From the NCBI GenBank assembly GCA_947459185.1, contig CANHCU010000005.1, positions 7,161-71,160 on the forward strand: 64,000 nt of DNA, read 5' to 3'. The DNA is from Planctomycetaceae bacterium (lineage in GTDB: Bacteria > Planctomycetota > Planctomycetia > Pirellulales > UBA1268). The first letter of the stretch is position 1. Each line of letters opens with the position of its first letter. This document shows positions 8,450 through 19,737 of this stretch, in pieces. The translations under genes were made by a program, and so were the position numbers. The notes under the pieces were generated by a model. That model saw nothing but the letters and a program-made list of their open reading frames with translations. It did no database searches and was not told where the DNA came from.

Positions 8450-10219
8450 ATGAGTCTGTTGTATGTCTTGCTGCCGAGCGCCCTGGTGCTGGCGATCGCC
8501 TATCGTGTTTACGGCAGCTTGCTGGCCCGACTCTTCCAACTCGATACCGACGCCGCCACGCCGGCCGTCACACTTCGCGACGACGTGGACTACGCGCCGA
8601 TCCCGCCGCAGCTTCTGCTTGGTCAACATTTTTCGGCGATCGCGGCGGCCGGGCCGATCGTCGGGCCGATCCTCGCGGGCGTGGCCTTCGGCTGGCTGCC
8701 CGCCCTGCTCTGGATCTTGATCGGCAGCATCTTCATCGGCGGCGTGCACGACTTCGCGTCGCTCGTGGCCTCGGTGCGGCACAAGGCACGGTCGATCGCC
8801 GAAGTGGTTCGCGACCACATGAGCCAGCGGAGTTATCTCCTCTTCCTGGCATTCGTCTGGATCGCGCTGGTCTACATCATCGTCGCCTTCACCGACATCA
8901 CGGCGTCGAGCTTCATCGGCAGACAGGTGCTGGAAAACGGCGAGACGGTATCGGGCGGCGGGATCGCGACGTCGAGCCTGCTCTACCTTGTGATCCCGAT
9001 GATCATGGGGGCCTGTATGCGGTATGCGAAGATGCCGCTCTGGCTGGCGACCGCGATCTTCCTGCCGTTGGTCGGCCTGGCGATCTGGATCGGCCAGTTC
9101 TTTCCGTTCGACCTCGGGCAGATGCTCGGCACCTCCGACGCCACCGCTCAGAAGATCTGGGGCGTGCTCCTGCTGGCATACTGCCTCGTGGCGGCGATGG
9201 TGCCGATGTGGATGCTGCTCCAGCCCCGCGGCCACCTGGGCGGATGCTTTCTGTATGTGGCACTCGCGGGCGCTGCGATTGGCCTGATGGTCAGCGACAG
9301 GCTGGTGGCAGGTGATTCCGCGATCCGCTACCCAGCGTTCACCGGCTGGCAGGCGTCCAATGGCCAGAACCTCATCCCGATGCTCTTCATCACGATCGCC
9401 TGCGGCGCCTGCTCCGGCTTTCACTCGCTGATCGCCTCGGGCACGACGAGCAAGCAGCTCCGCAAGGAGACCGACGCTAGGCCGATCGGCTACGGCACGA
9501 TGCTCTTGGAAGCGATGGTGGCGATCGTGAGCCTGGCCTGCGTGATGGTGCTCGCCGGCGACTCGAAGCTCGCCAGCCAGCCGCCGAACTTTATCTACGC
9601 GATGGGCATGGGCCGGTTCCTGGAGATCCTCGGCGTGCCCGCGACAATCGGCGTGTCGTTCGCATTGATGGCTTTCACGACGTTCGTCTACGACACGCTC
9701 GATGTCTGCACGCGGCTGGGGCGATACATCATCCAGGAACTCACGGGGCTTTCTGGCAAAGCCGGTGGTTGGCTGGGCACGACGCTGACAGCGGGCGTGC
9801 CGCTGGTGTTTCTCCTGCGGCCGCATGTCGACGCCGCGGGCAACGCGGTGCCGGTCTGGAAGACGTTCTGGAGCCTGTTTGGGGCGAGCAACCAACTGCT
9901 GGCGGCGCTCACGCTTCTGGGCGTGACGGTCTGGCTCTGGCAGACACGGCGAGAGACCTGGGTCTGGCTGGTGACGGGCGTGCCGACCGTGTTCATGTAT
10001 GTGATGAGCACGTGGGCGCTAGCCAGCATGACGCTGCCGAAATTCCGGAATGCCAACGGCTTCTCCCTTCCGGCCGATCCGGTGCCGTGGGCGGGCCTGG
10101 TGCTCCTGTCGCTGGCCGCCGTGATGCTCGTCGAGGCGATCCGCGTGCTCGCGATGCCGCAGGGGCCGCAGGGTGGGCTGGGTTCCGTAGTGGGCTCACG
10201 ACGCGCGGCAGGCGCATGA
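8450..10219 (+). CDS. cstA: Carbon starvation protein A family transporter
   Basis: TPA....[46 protein letters not shown]; many TM helices. Confidence 0.93.
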   Translation: MSLLYVLLPSALVLAIAYRVYGSLLARLFQLDTDAATPAVTLRDDVDYAPIPPQLLLGQHFSAIAAAGPIVGPILAGVAFGWLPALLWILIGSIFIGGVHDFASLVASVRHKARSIAEVVRDHMSQRSYLLFLAFVWIALVYIIVAFTDITASSFIGRQVLENGETVSGGGIATSSLLYLVIPMIMGACMRYAKMPLWLATAIFLPLVGLAIWIGQFFPFDLGQMLGTSDATAQKIWGVLLLAYCLVAAMVPMWMLLQPRGHLGGCFLYVALAGAAIGLMVSDRLVAGDSAIRYPAFTGWQASNGQNLIPMLFITIACGACSGFHSLIASGTTSKQLRKETDARPIGYGTMLLEAMVAIVSLACVMVLAGDSKLASQPPNFIYAMGMGRFLEILGVPATIGVSFALMAFTTFVYDTLDVCTRLGRYIIQELTGLSGKAGGWLGTTLTAGVPLVFLLRPHVDAAGNAVPVWKTFWSLFGASNQLLAALTLLGVTVWLWQTRRETWVWLVTGVPTVFMYVMSTWALASMTLPKFRNANGFSLPADPVPWAGLVLLSLAAVMLVEAIRVLAMPQGPQGGLGSVVGSRRAAGA

Positions 10220-10401
10220 CTGCGAAACGGTCACGGCCGCAGTCAGCGGGCCGAAAAGCCGCTCGTCCGAAGCCGGTGAAGGTCTGCGCGACATGCGGCC
10301 GCGAGTTTACATGGCGGCGAAAGTGGGCCGCCTGCTGGGACGAAGTCCGCTACTGCAGCGACCGCTGCCGCGATTCCCGCGGTCAGCGACCGAAACCGTG
10401 A
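10216..10401 (+). CDS. DUF2256 domain small zinc-binding protein
   Basis: KVCATCGREFTWRRKWAACWDEVRYCSDRCR signature; ATGA overlap with the cstA stop. Confidence 0.88.
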   Translation: MTAKRSRPQSAGRKAARPKPVKVCATCGREFTWRRKWAACWDEVRYCSDRCRDSRGQRPKP

Positions 10402-10429
10402 TGGTTTGGCATCGTGCGGCCCGCCGTGG

Positions 10430-10822
10430 CTACGGCGATTCCACGATCAAACCGGGAACGGCTTCGAAATGGCTGTCGTACGCGACGATGCGACCACCAT
10501 TCTCGAGCGCGGTCGCTGCGATCCAGATGTCATTCGTCGGAATGGGGGTGCCCTGTCGCTTGAGCGACGTCACGACTGCCGCATACCGTTCCGCGACGTT
10601 ATCGGTGACAGCGACGACCACGACTCCTGGCTGGCTGCGAAACGCAGCCAGCAACGTGAGGTTTTCCGCGAGCCGTCGCCCTCCTTGGAATCCGGCATAC
10701 AGTTCTCCGAGCACGGTGATAGGCACGAGAATTTCATCCGCCGATTCGAGCCGCTCCTGGAGCTTCGGCTGTCCGCGCATCAACCGGCTGTAGGCCGTGG
10801 TATCGAGGCAGAGGCGGCTCAC
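10430..10822 (-). CDS. VapC/FitB-type PIN domain toxin
   Basis: LDT...ELYAG...NDIWIAA...YDSHF acidic PIN residues; GTGA overlap with the upstream antitoxin. Confidence 0.9.
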   Translation of the reverse strand: MSRLCLDTTAYSRLMRGQPKLQERLESADEILVPITVLGELYAGFQGGRRLAENLTLLAAFRSQPGVVVVAVTDNVAERYAAVVTSLKRQGTPIPTNDIWIAATALENGGRIVAYDSHFEAVPGLIVESP

Positions 10823-11067
10823 CGCCAAACCTCTTCGTCAACCGACTCAAACGGCGCCGTGGCACGATCGAAGTCTGCGGCCTCATGGGCGGTCCATCGG
10901 GCCGCGATCTGCGAGAGATCCCGCCTCGGCGCATGGGGCCTCTGGCCCGTTGCGGTCTCGAGCAGGCGGATCACAGTCTGATTGAGACTCAGTCCGGATT
11001 GCTCGGCCAGCGACCGCAGCTTCGTGTCGACTTCTGCGGGGATGTTACGAACGGTGAGCTGACTCAT
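10819..11067 (-). CDS. FitA-like ribbon-helix-helix antitoxin
   Basis: MSQLTVRNIP.EV...LR..A...G.SLN RHH signature and acidic C-terminus, directly upstream of the PIN gene. Confidence 0.87.
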   Translation of the reverse strand: MSQLTVRNIPAEVDTKLRSLAEQSGLSLNQTVIRLLETATGQRPHAPRRDLSQIAARWTAHEAADFDRATAPFESVDEEVWR

Positions 11068-11072
11068 GGCGT

Positions 11073-11107
11073 GCCTGCATTGTGCATGCGTTTTATGCAG
11101 GCGTCAA
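11073..11107 (-). promoter_or_regulatory. Sigma70 promoter with overlapping inverted-repeat operator (fitAB-like operon)
   Basis: Minus strand reads TTGACG-N17-CACAAT; it overlaps the inverted repeat GCCTGCAT-N14-ATGCAGGC (11073-11102). Confidence 0.65.
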
Positions 11108-11204
11108 GCTACTCACCGTTTTTGATGAGCGTTGTCTGTTGATGGGACTGCGATTGGTGTGTGACATGGCGATTGCTTTTTCGCTTGTTTCTTAGCTCAA
11201 TGAG

Positions 11205-11221
11205 ACTAGACTAAGTCTAGT
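11205..11221 (+). promoter_or_regulatory. Palindromic operator over the -10 box of the phd-vapC operon
   Basis: Perfect 8-1-8 palindrome ACTAGACT-A-AGTCTAGT containing TAGACT. Confidence 0.65.
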
Positions 11222-11249
11222 TTGACACCATCGCAGTGAGGCTGACCGC

Positions 11250-11492
11250 ATGGCACACGTCGTCAATATTCACGAAGCGAAGACGCACCTGTCGCGGATC
11301 GTCGAGGAGGTGGCGGCCGGTCGGGAGGTGATCATCGCGAAGGCCGGTCGGCGCGTGGCCAAGCTCGTGCCGCTCGAGGCGGGCGGGCGTCCGAAGAAGC
11401 TCGGCGGACTCAAAGGGCGGATCAAGGTTCCCGATGACTTTAATGCGCCGCTCGACGATCGCGTCGTTGCCGCCTTCGAAGGAAGGCCGTGA
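11250..11492 (+). CDS. Phd/YefM family antitoxin
   Basis: VNIHEAKTHLSRIV...AG.EVIIAKAG..VA.LVP. Confidence 0.92.
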   Translation: MAHVVNIHEAKTHLSRIVEEVAAGREVIIAKAGRRVAKLVPLEAGGRPKKLGGLKGRIKVPDDFNAPLDDRVVAAFEGRP

Positions 11493-11878
11493 GCAGGATT
11501 CTCCTCGACACTCACCTGCTTCTGTGGGCGGTAAGCGAGCCGAGGAAGCTATCGGCGCAGGCCCGCCGCCGCATCGAAGAGGCCGACGTGTTCGTCAGCG
11601 CTGCCTCAATCTGGGAAGTGAGCATCAAGGCGGCCCTCGGGAAACTCGCCGCCGACCCATCCGAGTTGCTCGCGGAGATTGAGCCCGCGGGCTTCCATCT
11701 TCTGCCCGTGACAGGCCACCACGCCGCCGCGGTCGCCAAGCTGCCGCCGCTTCATAACGATCCCTTCGATCGAATGCTCGTCGCCCAAGCGAAAACGGAG
11801 CCGCTTCTGTTGCTCACGAATGACGTGACGCTTGCCGGCTACGGCGACTGCGTGGAACTCGTGCCAGCTCGGAAGTGA
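11489..11878 (+). CDS. VapC-type PIN domain toxin
   Basis: LLDTH.LLW, VSAASIWE..IK, H.DPFDRMLVAQA; GTGA overlap with the antitoxin. Confidence 0.92.
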   Translation: MSRILLDTHLLLWAVSEPRKLSAQARRRIEEADVFVSAASIWEVSIKAALGKLAADPSELLAEIEPAGFHLLPVTGHHAAAVAKLPPLHNDPFDRMLVAQAKTEPLLLLTNDVTLAGYGDCVELVPARK

Positions 11879-11904
11879 GCTGAGGAAATGAGCTGCGTCC
11901 CCTT

Positions 11905-12759
11905 TTACAGGATGTCGGTGGGGGAGAAGCCGCGAGCGCGGAGGTCGCGGATCGCGAGGCCGCCCGTTCGCTTGGCGAGGCGACGGCCCGCGGCATCTCG
12001 CACGAGCGGCACGTGGCAGAACGCCGGCGCAGCCCAGCCGAGCGCCTCATAGAGCAAAAGCTGCCTCGCTGTGCTCGTGAGCAGATCCTCGCCGCGGACC
12101 ACCTCTGCGATCTCCATCGCATGGTCGTCGGCCACCACTGCCAGTTCGTAAGCGGGAAGATCGTCCCGCCGCCAGACGACGAAGTCGCCGAAGTCCACGC
12201 CCGCCGTCCGCCGCACGCGGCCGGCCAAAGCGTCGTCGAACTCGATCGTGCGACCGTCGGGCACGCGAAACCGCCAGGCGACGTTCCCCGGCGCGGCTGC
12301 ACGATCCCACGCGGCCGGCCGCAGGCTCGTCGGAAAGATCGGCTCGGCATGCGCGTCGGCGCCTGCGATGGCATTCGCTTCTTCGGGCATCGGCTCGTGC
12401 GGCGCGGTGGCGGCCTCATCGACGTCGCGGCGGGAATGCGGGCTTGGGTAGATCACGCCCGCTGCCTCCAGCCGTCGCCAGATCTCCAGATACCAGGCAG
12501 TGCGTCCGCTCTGCCGATAGCTGGCGTGCGGCCCGCCGATGTCGGGCCCCTCGGTCCATGCAAGCCCGAGCCAGCGGAGGTCTTCGATCGCCGCCTCGCA
12601 AAACTCCTCGCGGCACCGAGGCCGGTCGAGATCCTCGATCCGCAGCACGAGGCCAGCTGAGCCGGCCCGCGACGCTGCGACCGCGAACGTCCGCGCATGG
12701 CCAACGTGGAGGAAGCCGGTGGGCGTCGGTGCGAGTCGGCCGCGTCGATACTGAGCCAT
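11905..12759 (-). CDS. gluQ: tRNA glutamyl-Q(34) synthetase
   Basis: RLAPTPTG.LHVGH, LRIEDLD, GDFVV.RRD, YELAVVADD, VRGEDL, RLAKR; no anticodon-binding domain. Confidence 0.88.
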   Translation of the reverse strand: MAQYRRGRLAPTPTGFLHVGHARTFAVAASRAGSAGLVLRIEDLDRPRCREEFCEAAIEDLRWLGLAWTEGPDIGGPHASYRQSGRTAWYLEIWRRLEAAGVIYPSPHSRRDVDEAATAPHEPMPEEANAIAGADAHAEPIFPTSLRPAAWDRAAAPGNVAWRFRVPDGRTIEFDDALAGRVRRTAGVDFGDFVVWRRDDLPAYELAVVADDHAMEIAEVVRGEDLLTSTARQLLLYEALGWAAPAFCHVPLVRDAAGRRLAKRTGGLAIRDLRARGFSPTDIL

Positions 12760-12779
12760 GCAGGCGTTCCTCGCCGTTC

Positions 12780-13517
12780 CTACAGCAGCCACCAGTTGGC
12801 TGTCAGGAACACGTAGGTACCTAACGCCAGGTTTGTCATCGCATGAGCGAGAATCGTGTCGATCGGCCGACGGGTGGCCGCCGCGATGCCGGTGACGACG
12901 GCGAACCAGCCCACGGCGGCGACGCACTCCGAGGGATGCGATGCCGCGGCGTAGAACAGGCAGGCCCCGACAGCCGGGAATGTCAGCATGCCAAACGGCA
13001 CGGTCCAGAAATCCTCGCGGATGACATACCGCATCAGAAATCCGCGTAGGAAGAGCTCCTCGATCAGTGGCACCACGGCGATCAGGCCGATCGCGCGGAT
13101 GACGAAAAATGCCCAGGAACCTCCCGGGCCCGCGGTGAGATCAGCGAAGGGGTTGAACCCCGCCCGCGCGGCCGTGCCCCCAGTCCAGCCGGCCTCGCGT
13201 TGGAGCGACGCGAGCACGATCCACGGCACGACGAGTGCTAGCCCCACCAGCGGCGGCCACCAACTCGGCCGGCCCAGCCAGCGGCGGATGGGCGTCCACG
13301 AGCGGGCGACCGCGAACAGCGTGGCGACGATTCGCAGGCTGTAGATGACGGGATAGGCCGAGAACGGGATTCCCAGGACCCCGGCCAGTCCTTCCCCGCT
13401 GCGGGTGGGCTCAAGCAGTCCAGCTGCCAAAAATACGATAAACGGGACGACACAGGCCTCCCACGGCCGGTCCGGGCCCTCGTTGTGCACGGCTGGCGAA
13501 GCGTCTAGTTGCTGCAT
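12780..13517 (-). CDS. CPBP/CAAX prenyl-protease-related membrane protein
   Basis: Multi-TM; VVPLIEELFLRGFL, FY...H and AH..TN motifs. Confidence 0.82.
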   Translation of the reverse strand: MQQLDASPAVHNEGPDRPWEACVVPFIVFLAAGLLEPTRSGEGLAGVLGIPFSAYPVIYSLRIVATLFAVARSWTPIRRWLGRPSWWPPLVGLALVVPWIVLASLQREAGWTGGTAARAGFNPFADLTAGPGGSWAFFVIRAIGLIAVVPLIEELFLRGFLMRYVIREDFWTVPFGMLTFPAVGACLFYAAASHPSECVAAVGWFAVVTGIAAATRRPIDTILAHAMTNLALGTYVFLTANWWLL

Positions 13518-13634
13518 GATGGTCGTGGTCTGTCGCGTTGGGGCCGGCTTGAGTATATTCCGTCCGGTCGACAGGCCTTTTTCCTGCCGATCCCTCCCCA
13601 TTCCCGCCCTCCGTTCCCGAAGGTGTTTTCGTCC

Positions 13635-15725
<2,091 letters not shown>

Positions 15726-15777
15726 GTGGCAGCTGCCACGTCACTGGCGGTTGCCAAGGCGTGGCCGAGCGTGGCCG

Positions 15778-16596
15778 CTATTGCCACCTCGCGGCAATCC
15801 CGTCCCAGAGCGTGATCCGCGACTCCAGACATTCGCGGGCCGTCGCAGATGCCTCGGCCCAACGAGCCGGATCGTCTCCGCACAGCCGCGCGACGATTCG
15901 CCGGCAGACGGGGGCGTGCTTCTGGTCGTCGTGGGCGATGTGCCGCTCCAGGTAGAACCGAAACGGCACCCAGGCTGCCGGATCCTCGGCCGCCAGGGAG
16001 CAGACGAGGTGGCGGAACATGTCGGGAATGACGTCCTCGCGGCCATACGTAAAGGCGGCGACGATCCGGTGGGTAGAGCCCGACTGAATCACGTCGAATG
16101 AGCGACGCACGAAGTCGCAGGCCGGCGAAGGCCCACCACACGCGGCGAGCGACTGCGAGAGCGTGCCGCCTTGGGCCAACAAGCCCAGCAGCCGTTCGAT
16201 CGGCCCGGTATCGGCGGCCGCCTTCCGCATGCTCTGGAGGTAGAGCTCGAAGTGGGAAGCATGGCCGCCGTCGGGCAATTCGTCCGATTCCTCGTCGAGC
16301 ACGATCTCGTTGACGAGCCGCCGAGCCTCGGGATCGGGCGTGGGCAGCCAGGGGATGCTGGTGCAGGTCAGCTTTTGCTGCATCGCCTTCAAGAGGCTCT
16401 GAAAATCCCAGACCGCGAAGACATGGTGCTCCATGAACAGCCGAAGCCGGTCCGGGCGGTCGATGAGTGAGTAGATCGGATGGTGGACGAGCCGCTCACG
16501 GGTCTCCCCGAGATCGATGGCACATTCGGTCCTGGGTGCTGGACACGGGGGCAGATCGGCAGCCATGGGGAGCGGTGGGGCATTCGTGGTGGGCAT
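15778..16596 (-). CDS. DUF3050 heme-oxygenase-like protein
   Basis: FMEHHVFAVWDF.SLLK, INEIVL.EESD-like VNEIVLDEESD, SHFELY, FTYGREDVIP.MF, YLERHI..D..H. Start uncertain. Confidence 0.85.
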   Translation of the reverse strand: MPTTNAPPLPMAADLPPCPAPRTECAIDLGETRERLVHHPIYSLIDRPDRLRLFMEHHVFAVWDFQSLLKAMQQKLTCTSIPWLPTPDPEARRLVNEIVLDEESDELPDGGHASHFELYLQSMRKAAADTGPIERLLGLLAQGGTLSQSLAACGGPSPACDFVRRSFDVIQSGSTHRIVAAFTYGREDVIPDMFRHLVCSLAAEDPAAWVPFRFYLERHIAHDDQKHAPVCRRIVARLCGDDPARWAEASATARECLESRITLWDGIAARWQ

Positions 16597-16758
16597 GGTG
16601 AAATGTCCGTTGGGGTGGTGGGCGAGGCTTGCTCTGCCTGCGTCTGTTGTAGTCGGCATCTGGCCGGTGGCGAATCGACTCTGGACCAAACCCCCAAAAA
16701 CAGCGGCCCAGACGCTCGCTTCTCCGCCGAGCGGAGGCCTTCTGCTACCCTACCGATT

Positions 16759-18078
16759 ATGTATCGATCCGAGCCCCTCCCCCTGTCCATCTGGATCGTC
16801 AATCCCTTCGATGACATCCCCGGCGAGGGCCTGCCCCCGCTGCGGTATTGGTCGCTGGCCCGCGTGCTGGCCGGACGGGGCCACGACGTGACCTGGTGGA
16901 CCGCGGCCTGGAGCCACCGTCGCAAGGCCCCCCGAGCCACCCCGCTGCACACCCGTGACGACGAGGGATTTGCCGTCCGGCTGGTGGCGGTGCGGCCCTA
17001 CACGAAAAACGTCTCCCTGGCCCGCCTGGCCAGCCACCGCGACTTCGGCCGCACATTCGAGCGGCTGGCCAACGAATCGATCGCATCGGGCCAGCTCGAT
17101 CGTCCCGACGTCATTCTCGCCAGCCTGCCACCTCTGGAAGGACCGGAGGCCGCAGCGCGTCTCGCAAAACGCCTCGACGCCAATCTGGTGGTGGACCTGA
17201 TGGACGTCTGGCCCGAGACGTTCGAGCGGCTCCTGCCCGGTCCAAAGTGGCTCCGCAAGGCGCTCTATCCCCTGCTCTTTGGCCGCATGGCGGCGCGGCG
17301 GCGGGCCCTGCTCGAGGGTGCCGACGCGGTCTCGTCATCTGCGCACGGCTATCTGACCGCCATGCCGGAGGCCACGGCCGGCGACAAGCCCCGGCACGTC
17401 TGTCATCTCGGGGCCTGGTTGGCCGAGTTTGCCGGGCCGCCGCGAGTGATCGACGAGGTTCCAAACACGGACGCTGCTGCGGCCCCTGCCGACCAGCCGG
17501 CCTCGGCCGCTCCACCGCTCGCCTGCGTCTATTCTGGCACGCTCGAGTCGGGCCAGGATCTCGACACGCTCCTCGCCGCCGCGCGGCTTCTCTCCGCGCA
17601 GGGCGTCGCGGCCACGCTCCATGTGGCCGGCACCGGGCGGCTGGAATCGAGCCTGCGGACGGCGGCCGAGACCATCCGCGGATCATGTTCGCTGCGGGTA
17701 CACGGTCTGCTCGACCGCGGCGCGTACGTGCGGCTGTTGTCAGAGTGCGACGTCGGCCTGGTGCTCGTGAAGCCGGAGTCGCTCGTGGCGGTGCCCTACA
17801 AGGTGTGCGACTATACCGCCGCCGGACTGGCACTGGTCAACTCACTCCCCGGCGAACTGGAGCAGTTCGTATCGGACTATCGGGCAGGCATGCCGTACAC
17901 CGCCGGCAGCGGGGATTCGCTCGCGCGTGCCATCGCCTTGCTGGCCGGCGATCGGCATCGGCTGCTCGAGATGCGGCAGGGATCCCGCAAGCTGGCAGAG
18001 TCGGAGTTTGACCGCGAAAAGACCTATGCTCGGTTCGCGGACTGGCTCGAGGGGATCTCGCGAGGAAGTCAGGGCTGA
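16759..18078 (+). CDS. Glycosyltransferase family 4 protein
   Basis: GT-B motifs: R.W.LAR.L...GH.VTW, VDL.D.WPE, YSGTL...QD, P.K..DY.AAG. Confidence 0.85.
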   Translation: MYRSEPLPLSIWIVNPFDDIPGEGLPPLRYWSLARVLAGRGHDVTWWTAAWSHRRKAPRATPLHTRDDEGFAVRLVAVRPYTKNVSLARLASHRDFGRTFERLANESIASGQLDRPDVILASLPPLEGPEAAARLAKRLDANLVVDLMDVWPETFERLLPGPKWLRKALYPLLFGRMAARRRALLEGADAVSSSAHGYLTAMPEATAGDKPRHVCHLGAWLAEFAGPPRVIDEVPNTDAAAAPADQPASAAPPLACVYSGTLESGQDLDTLLAAARLLSAQGVAATLHVAGTGRLESSLRTAAETIRGSCSLRVHGLLDRGAYVRLLSECDVGLVLVKPESLVAVPYKVCDYTAAGLALVNSLPGELEQFVSDYRAGMPYTAGSGDSLARAIALLAGDRHRLLEMRQGSRKLAESEFDREKTYARFADWLEGISRGSQG

Positions 18079-18090
18079 CCTCGGCCGTTG

Positions 18091-18118
18091 AATAGTCGTC
18101 TGGAAATAGTTGTCTGGA
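18091..18118 (+). promoter_or_regulatory. 14-bp tandem direct repeat, candidate operator
   Basis: AATAGTCGTCTGGA followed by AATAGTTGTCTGGA, upstream of the Nramp-like gene. Confidence 0.45.
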
Positions 18119-18155
18119 TTTTTAGCACGGTCGATCGGGAGGGGAGTTCATTTCC

Positions 18156-19685
18156 ATGGCGCGTGCACCATCGGTTTCAGAGCCGCCGCAGACGCTCTGG
18201 CAGTCGCTCTCCCATCTCGGACCAGGGATCATCCTCGCCAGTTCCATCGTGGGCAGCGGCGAGCTGATCGCCACGACCATCGTCGGTGCCGAAGCGGGAT
18301 TCGTACTGCTTTGGCTGATCATCCTGGGATGTGCCATCAAGGTGGCGGCCCAGATCGAGATCGGTCGCACGACGCTGACGTGGGGCCGCACGCCGCTCGA
18401 CGCCTTCAATCGCGTCCCAGGTCCCCGGTTCGCAGGCCTGGGCTGGATCTACTGGGCCTGGGTGGTCATGACCGCACTCGTCGTCGTACAGCAAGGAGGG
18501 ATCCTCGCCGGAGTGGCGCAGTCGCTCGCGGGCGGCCTGCCCATCACGGCGGCCGGCCGCGAGTGGAACCGGCTGCACGACGAGGCTGCCGACATGTTCG
18601 TGGCGGAGGCGGCCGTTCGGCGGCGGGGTGATGCCGCGGAGGCAGACACGCTCAAGGCCCGCCTCGACACGGTTACCCGCGAGATGAACGCGTTGCCGGC
18701 GCCCACCGACGAGACGATCTGGGCCGTCATCACGGGGGTCGTCACAGCGGGACTGCTGGCAATCGGTCGCTACCGCCTCATCGAGCGGGTGTCGATCCTG
18801 CTTGTCGGCACCTTCACGCTCGTCACGCTGCTGGCCCTCGCGTTGCTCCAGTACGACCCGGTGTGGGCGATCACTTCAGGCGACATCATCAGCGGCCTGA
18901 TCCCCTCGATTCCGCCCGCGGTGGGCGGACGGTCGCCCCTGGTGACGGCGTTGGCCACGATCGGCATCATCGGCGTGGGTGCCAGCGAACTGATGGTCTA
19001 TCCCTATTGGTGCCTCGAGAAGGGCTACGGTAAGGCCGTCGGACCGCGAGACGATTCGCCCGCCTGGGCCGCCCGCGCCCGCGGCTGGATGAAGGTGATG
19101 CAACTCGACGCGTGGGGATCGATGATCGTCTACACGACCGTCACGATCTGCTTCTACCTCCTCGGCGCCGCCACGCTCGGCCGGCTCGGCCTCCGACCTG
19201 CCGGCGGTGAGATGGTCCGCACGCTGGGCGCCATGTATGCGCCGGTGTTTGGCGAGTGGGCGCGGGGTGTCTTTCTGATCGGGGCGTTCGCCGTTCTCTA
19301 CTCGACGCTCTTCGTGGCCGCGGCGGGCAACGCCAGGATGGTGGTCGATGGCTTGATCCTGGCCGGTCGGCTGCCGTCGGACGATGCCTCGCGGGCCGCC
19401 TGGTCCCGGCGGCTCTCGGTGGCATGGCCGCTGGTGGCGCTCGTGCTCGCGCTGATCATCCGCGAACCGGTGGCGATGGTGCTCGCCAGCGGGATCGTCC
19501 AGGCCATTATGCTGGCGGCCCTCGGTGTCGCCGTGCTCTATTTCCGCCACCGTGACTTCGATCCCCGGCTCGCGCCGTCGCGGGCCTGGGATCTGCTGCT
19601 GTGGGTCTGCTCAGCCGGATTCATCATGCTTGGAATGTGGACGTTGTGGCAAAAGGCTGCCGCCATCCTGAAGTCGATCGTCTAG
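18156..19685 (+). CDS. Nramp-family (MntH-like) transporter
   Basis: LGPGII..SSIVGSGEL, G...G..LLW, GVGASEL..YPYW; about 11 TM helices. Lacks the canonical DPGN motif. Confidence 0.8.
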   Translation: MARAPSVSEPPQTLWQSLSHLGPGIILASSIVGSGELIATTIVGAEAGFVLLWLIILGCAIKVAAQIEIGRTTLTWGRTPLDAFNRVPGPRFAGLGWIYWAWVVMTALVVVQQGGILAGVAQSLAGGLPITAAGREWNRLHDEAADMFVAEAAVRRRGDAAEADTLKARLDTVTREMNALPAPTDETIWAVITGVVTAGLLAIGRYRLIERVSILLVGTFTLVTLLALALLQYDPVWAITSGDIISGLIPSIPPAVGGRSPLVTALATIGIIGVGASELMVYPYWCLEKGYGKAVGPRDDSPAWAARARGWMKVMQLDAWGSMIVYTTVTICFYLLGAATLGRLGLRPAGGEMVRTLGAMYAPVFGEWARGVFLIGAFAVLYSTLFVAAAGNARMVVDGLILAGRLPSDDASRAAWSRRLSVAWPLVALVLALIIREPVAMVLASGIVQAIMLAALGVAVLYFRHRDFDPRLAPSRAWDLLLWVCSAGFIMLGMWTLWQKAAAILKSIV

Positions 19686-19703
19686 CGGTTCACGGAGTCG
19701 GTC

Positions 19704-19709
19704 TATAAT
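19704..19709 (+). promoter_or_regulatory. Consensus -10 box
   Basis: TATAAT ending 29 nt before ATG 19738, with a GAGG RBS in between. Confidence 0.5.
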
Positions 19710-19737
19710 GCGGTGACTGCTTCCGAGGACTTCCGCC

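Noticed and set aside
10402-11904. TA islet as an intact mobile element
   Set aside because: No transposase or integrase, terminal repeats or target-site duplication seen.
15726-15739. GTGGCAGCTGCCAC palindrome after fusA as a terminator
   Set aside because: Short and without a U-tract; too weak to call.
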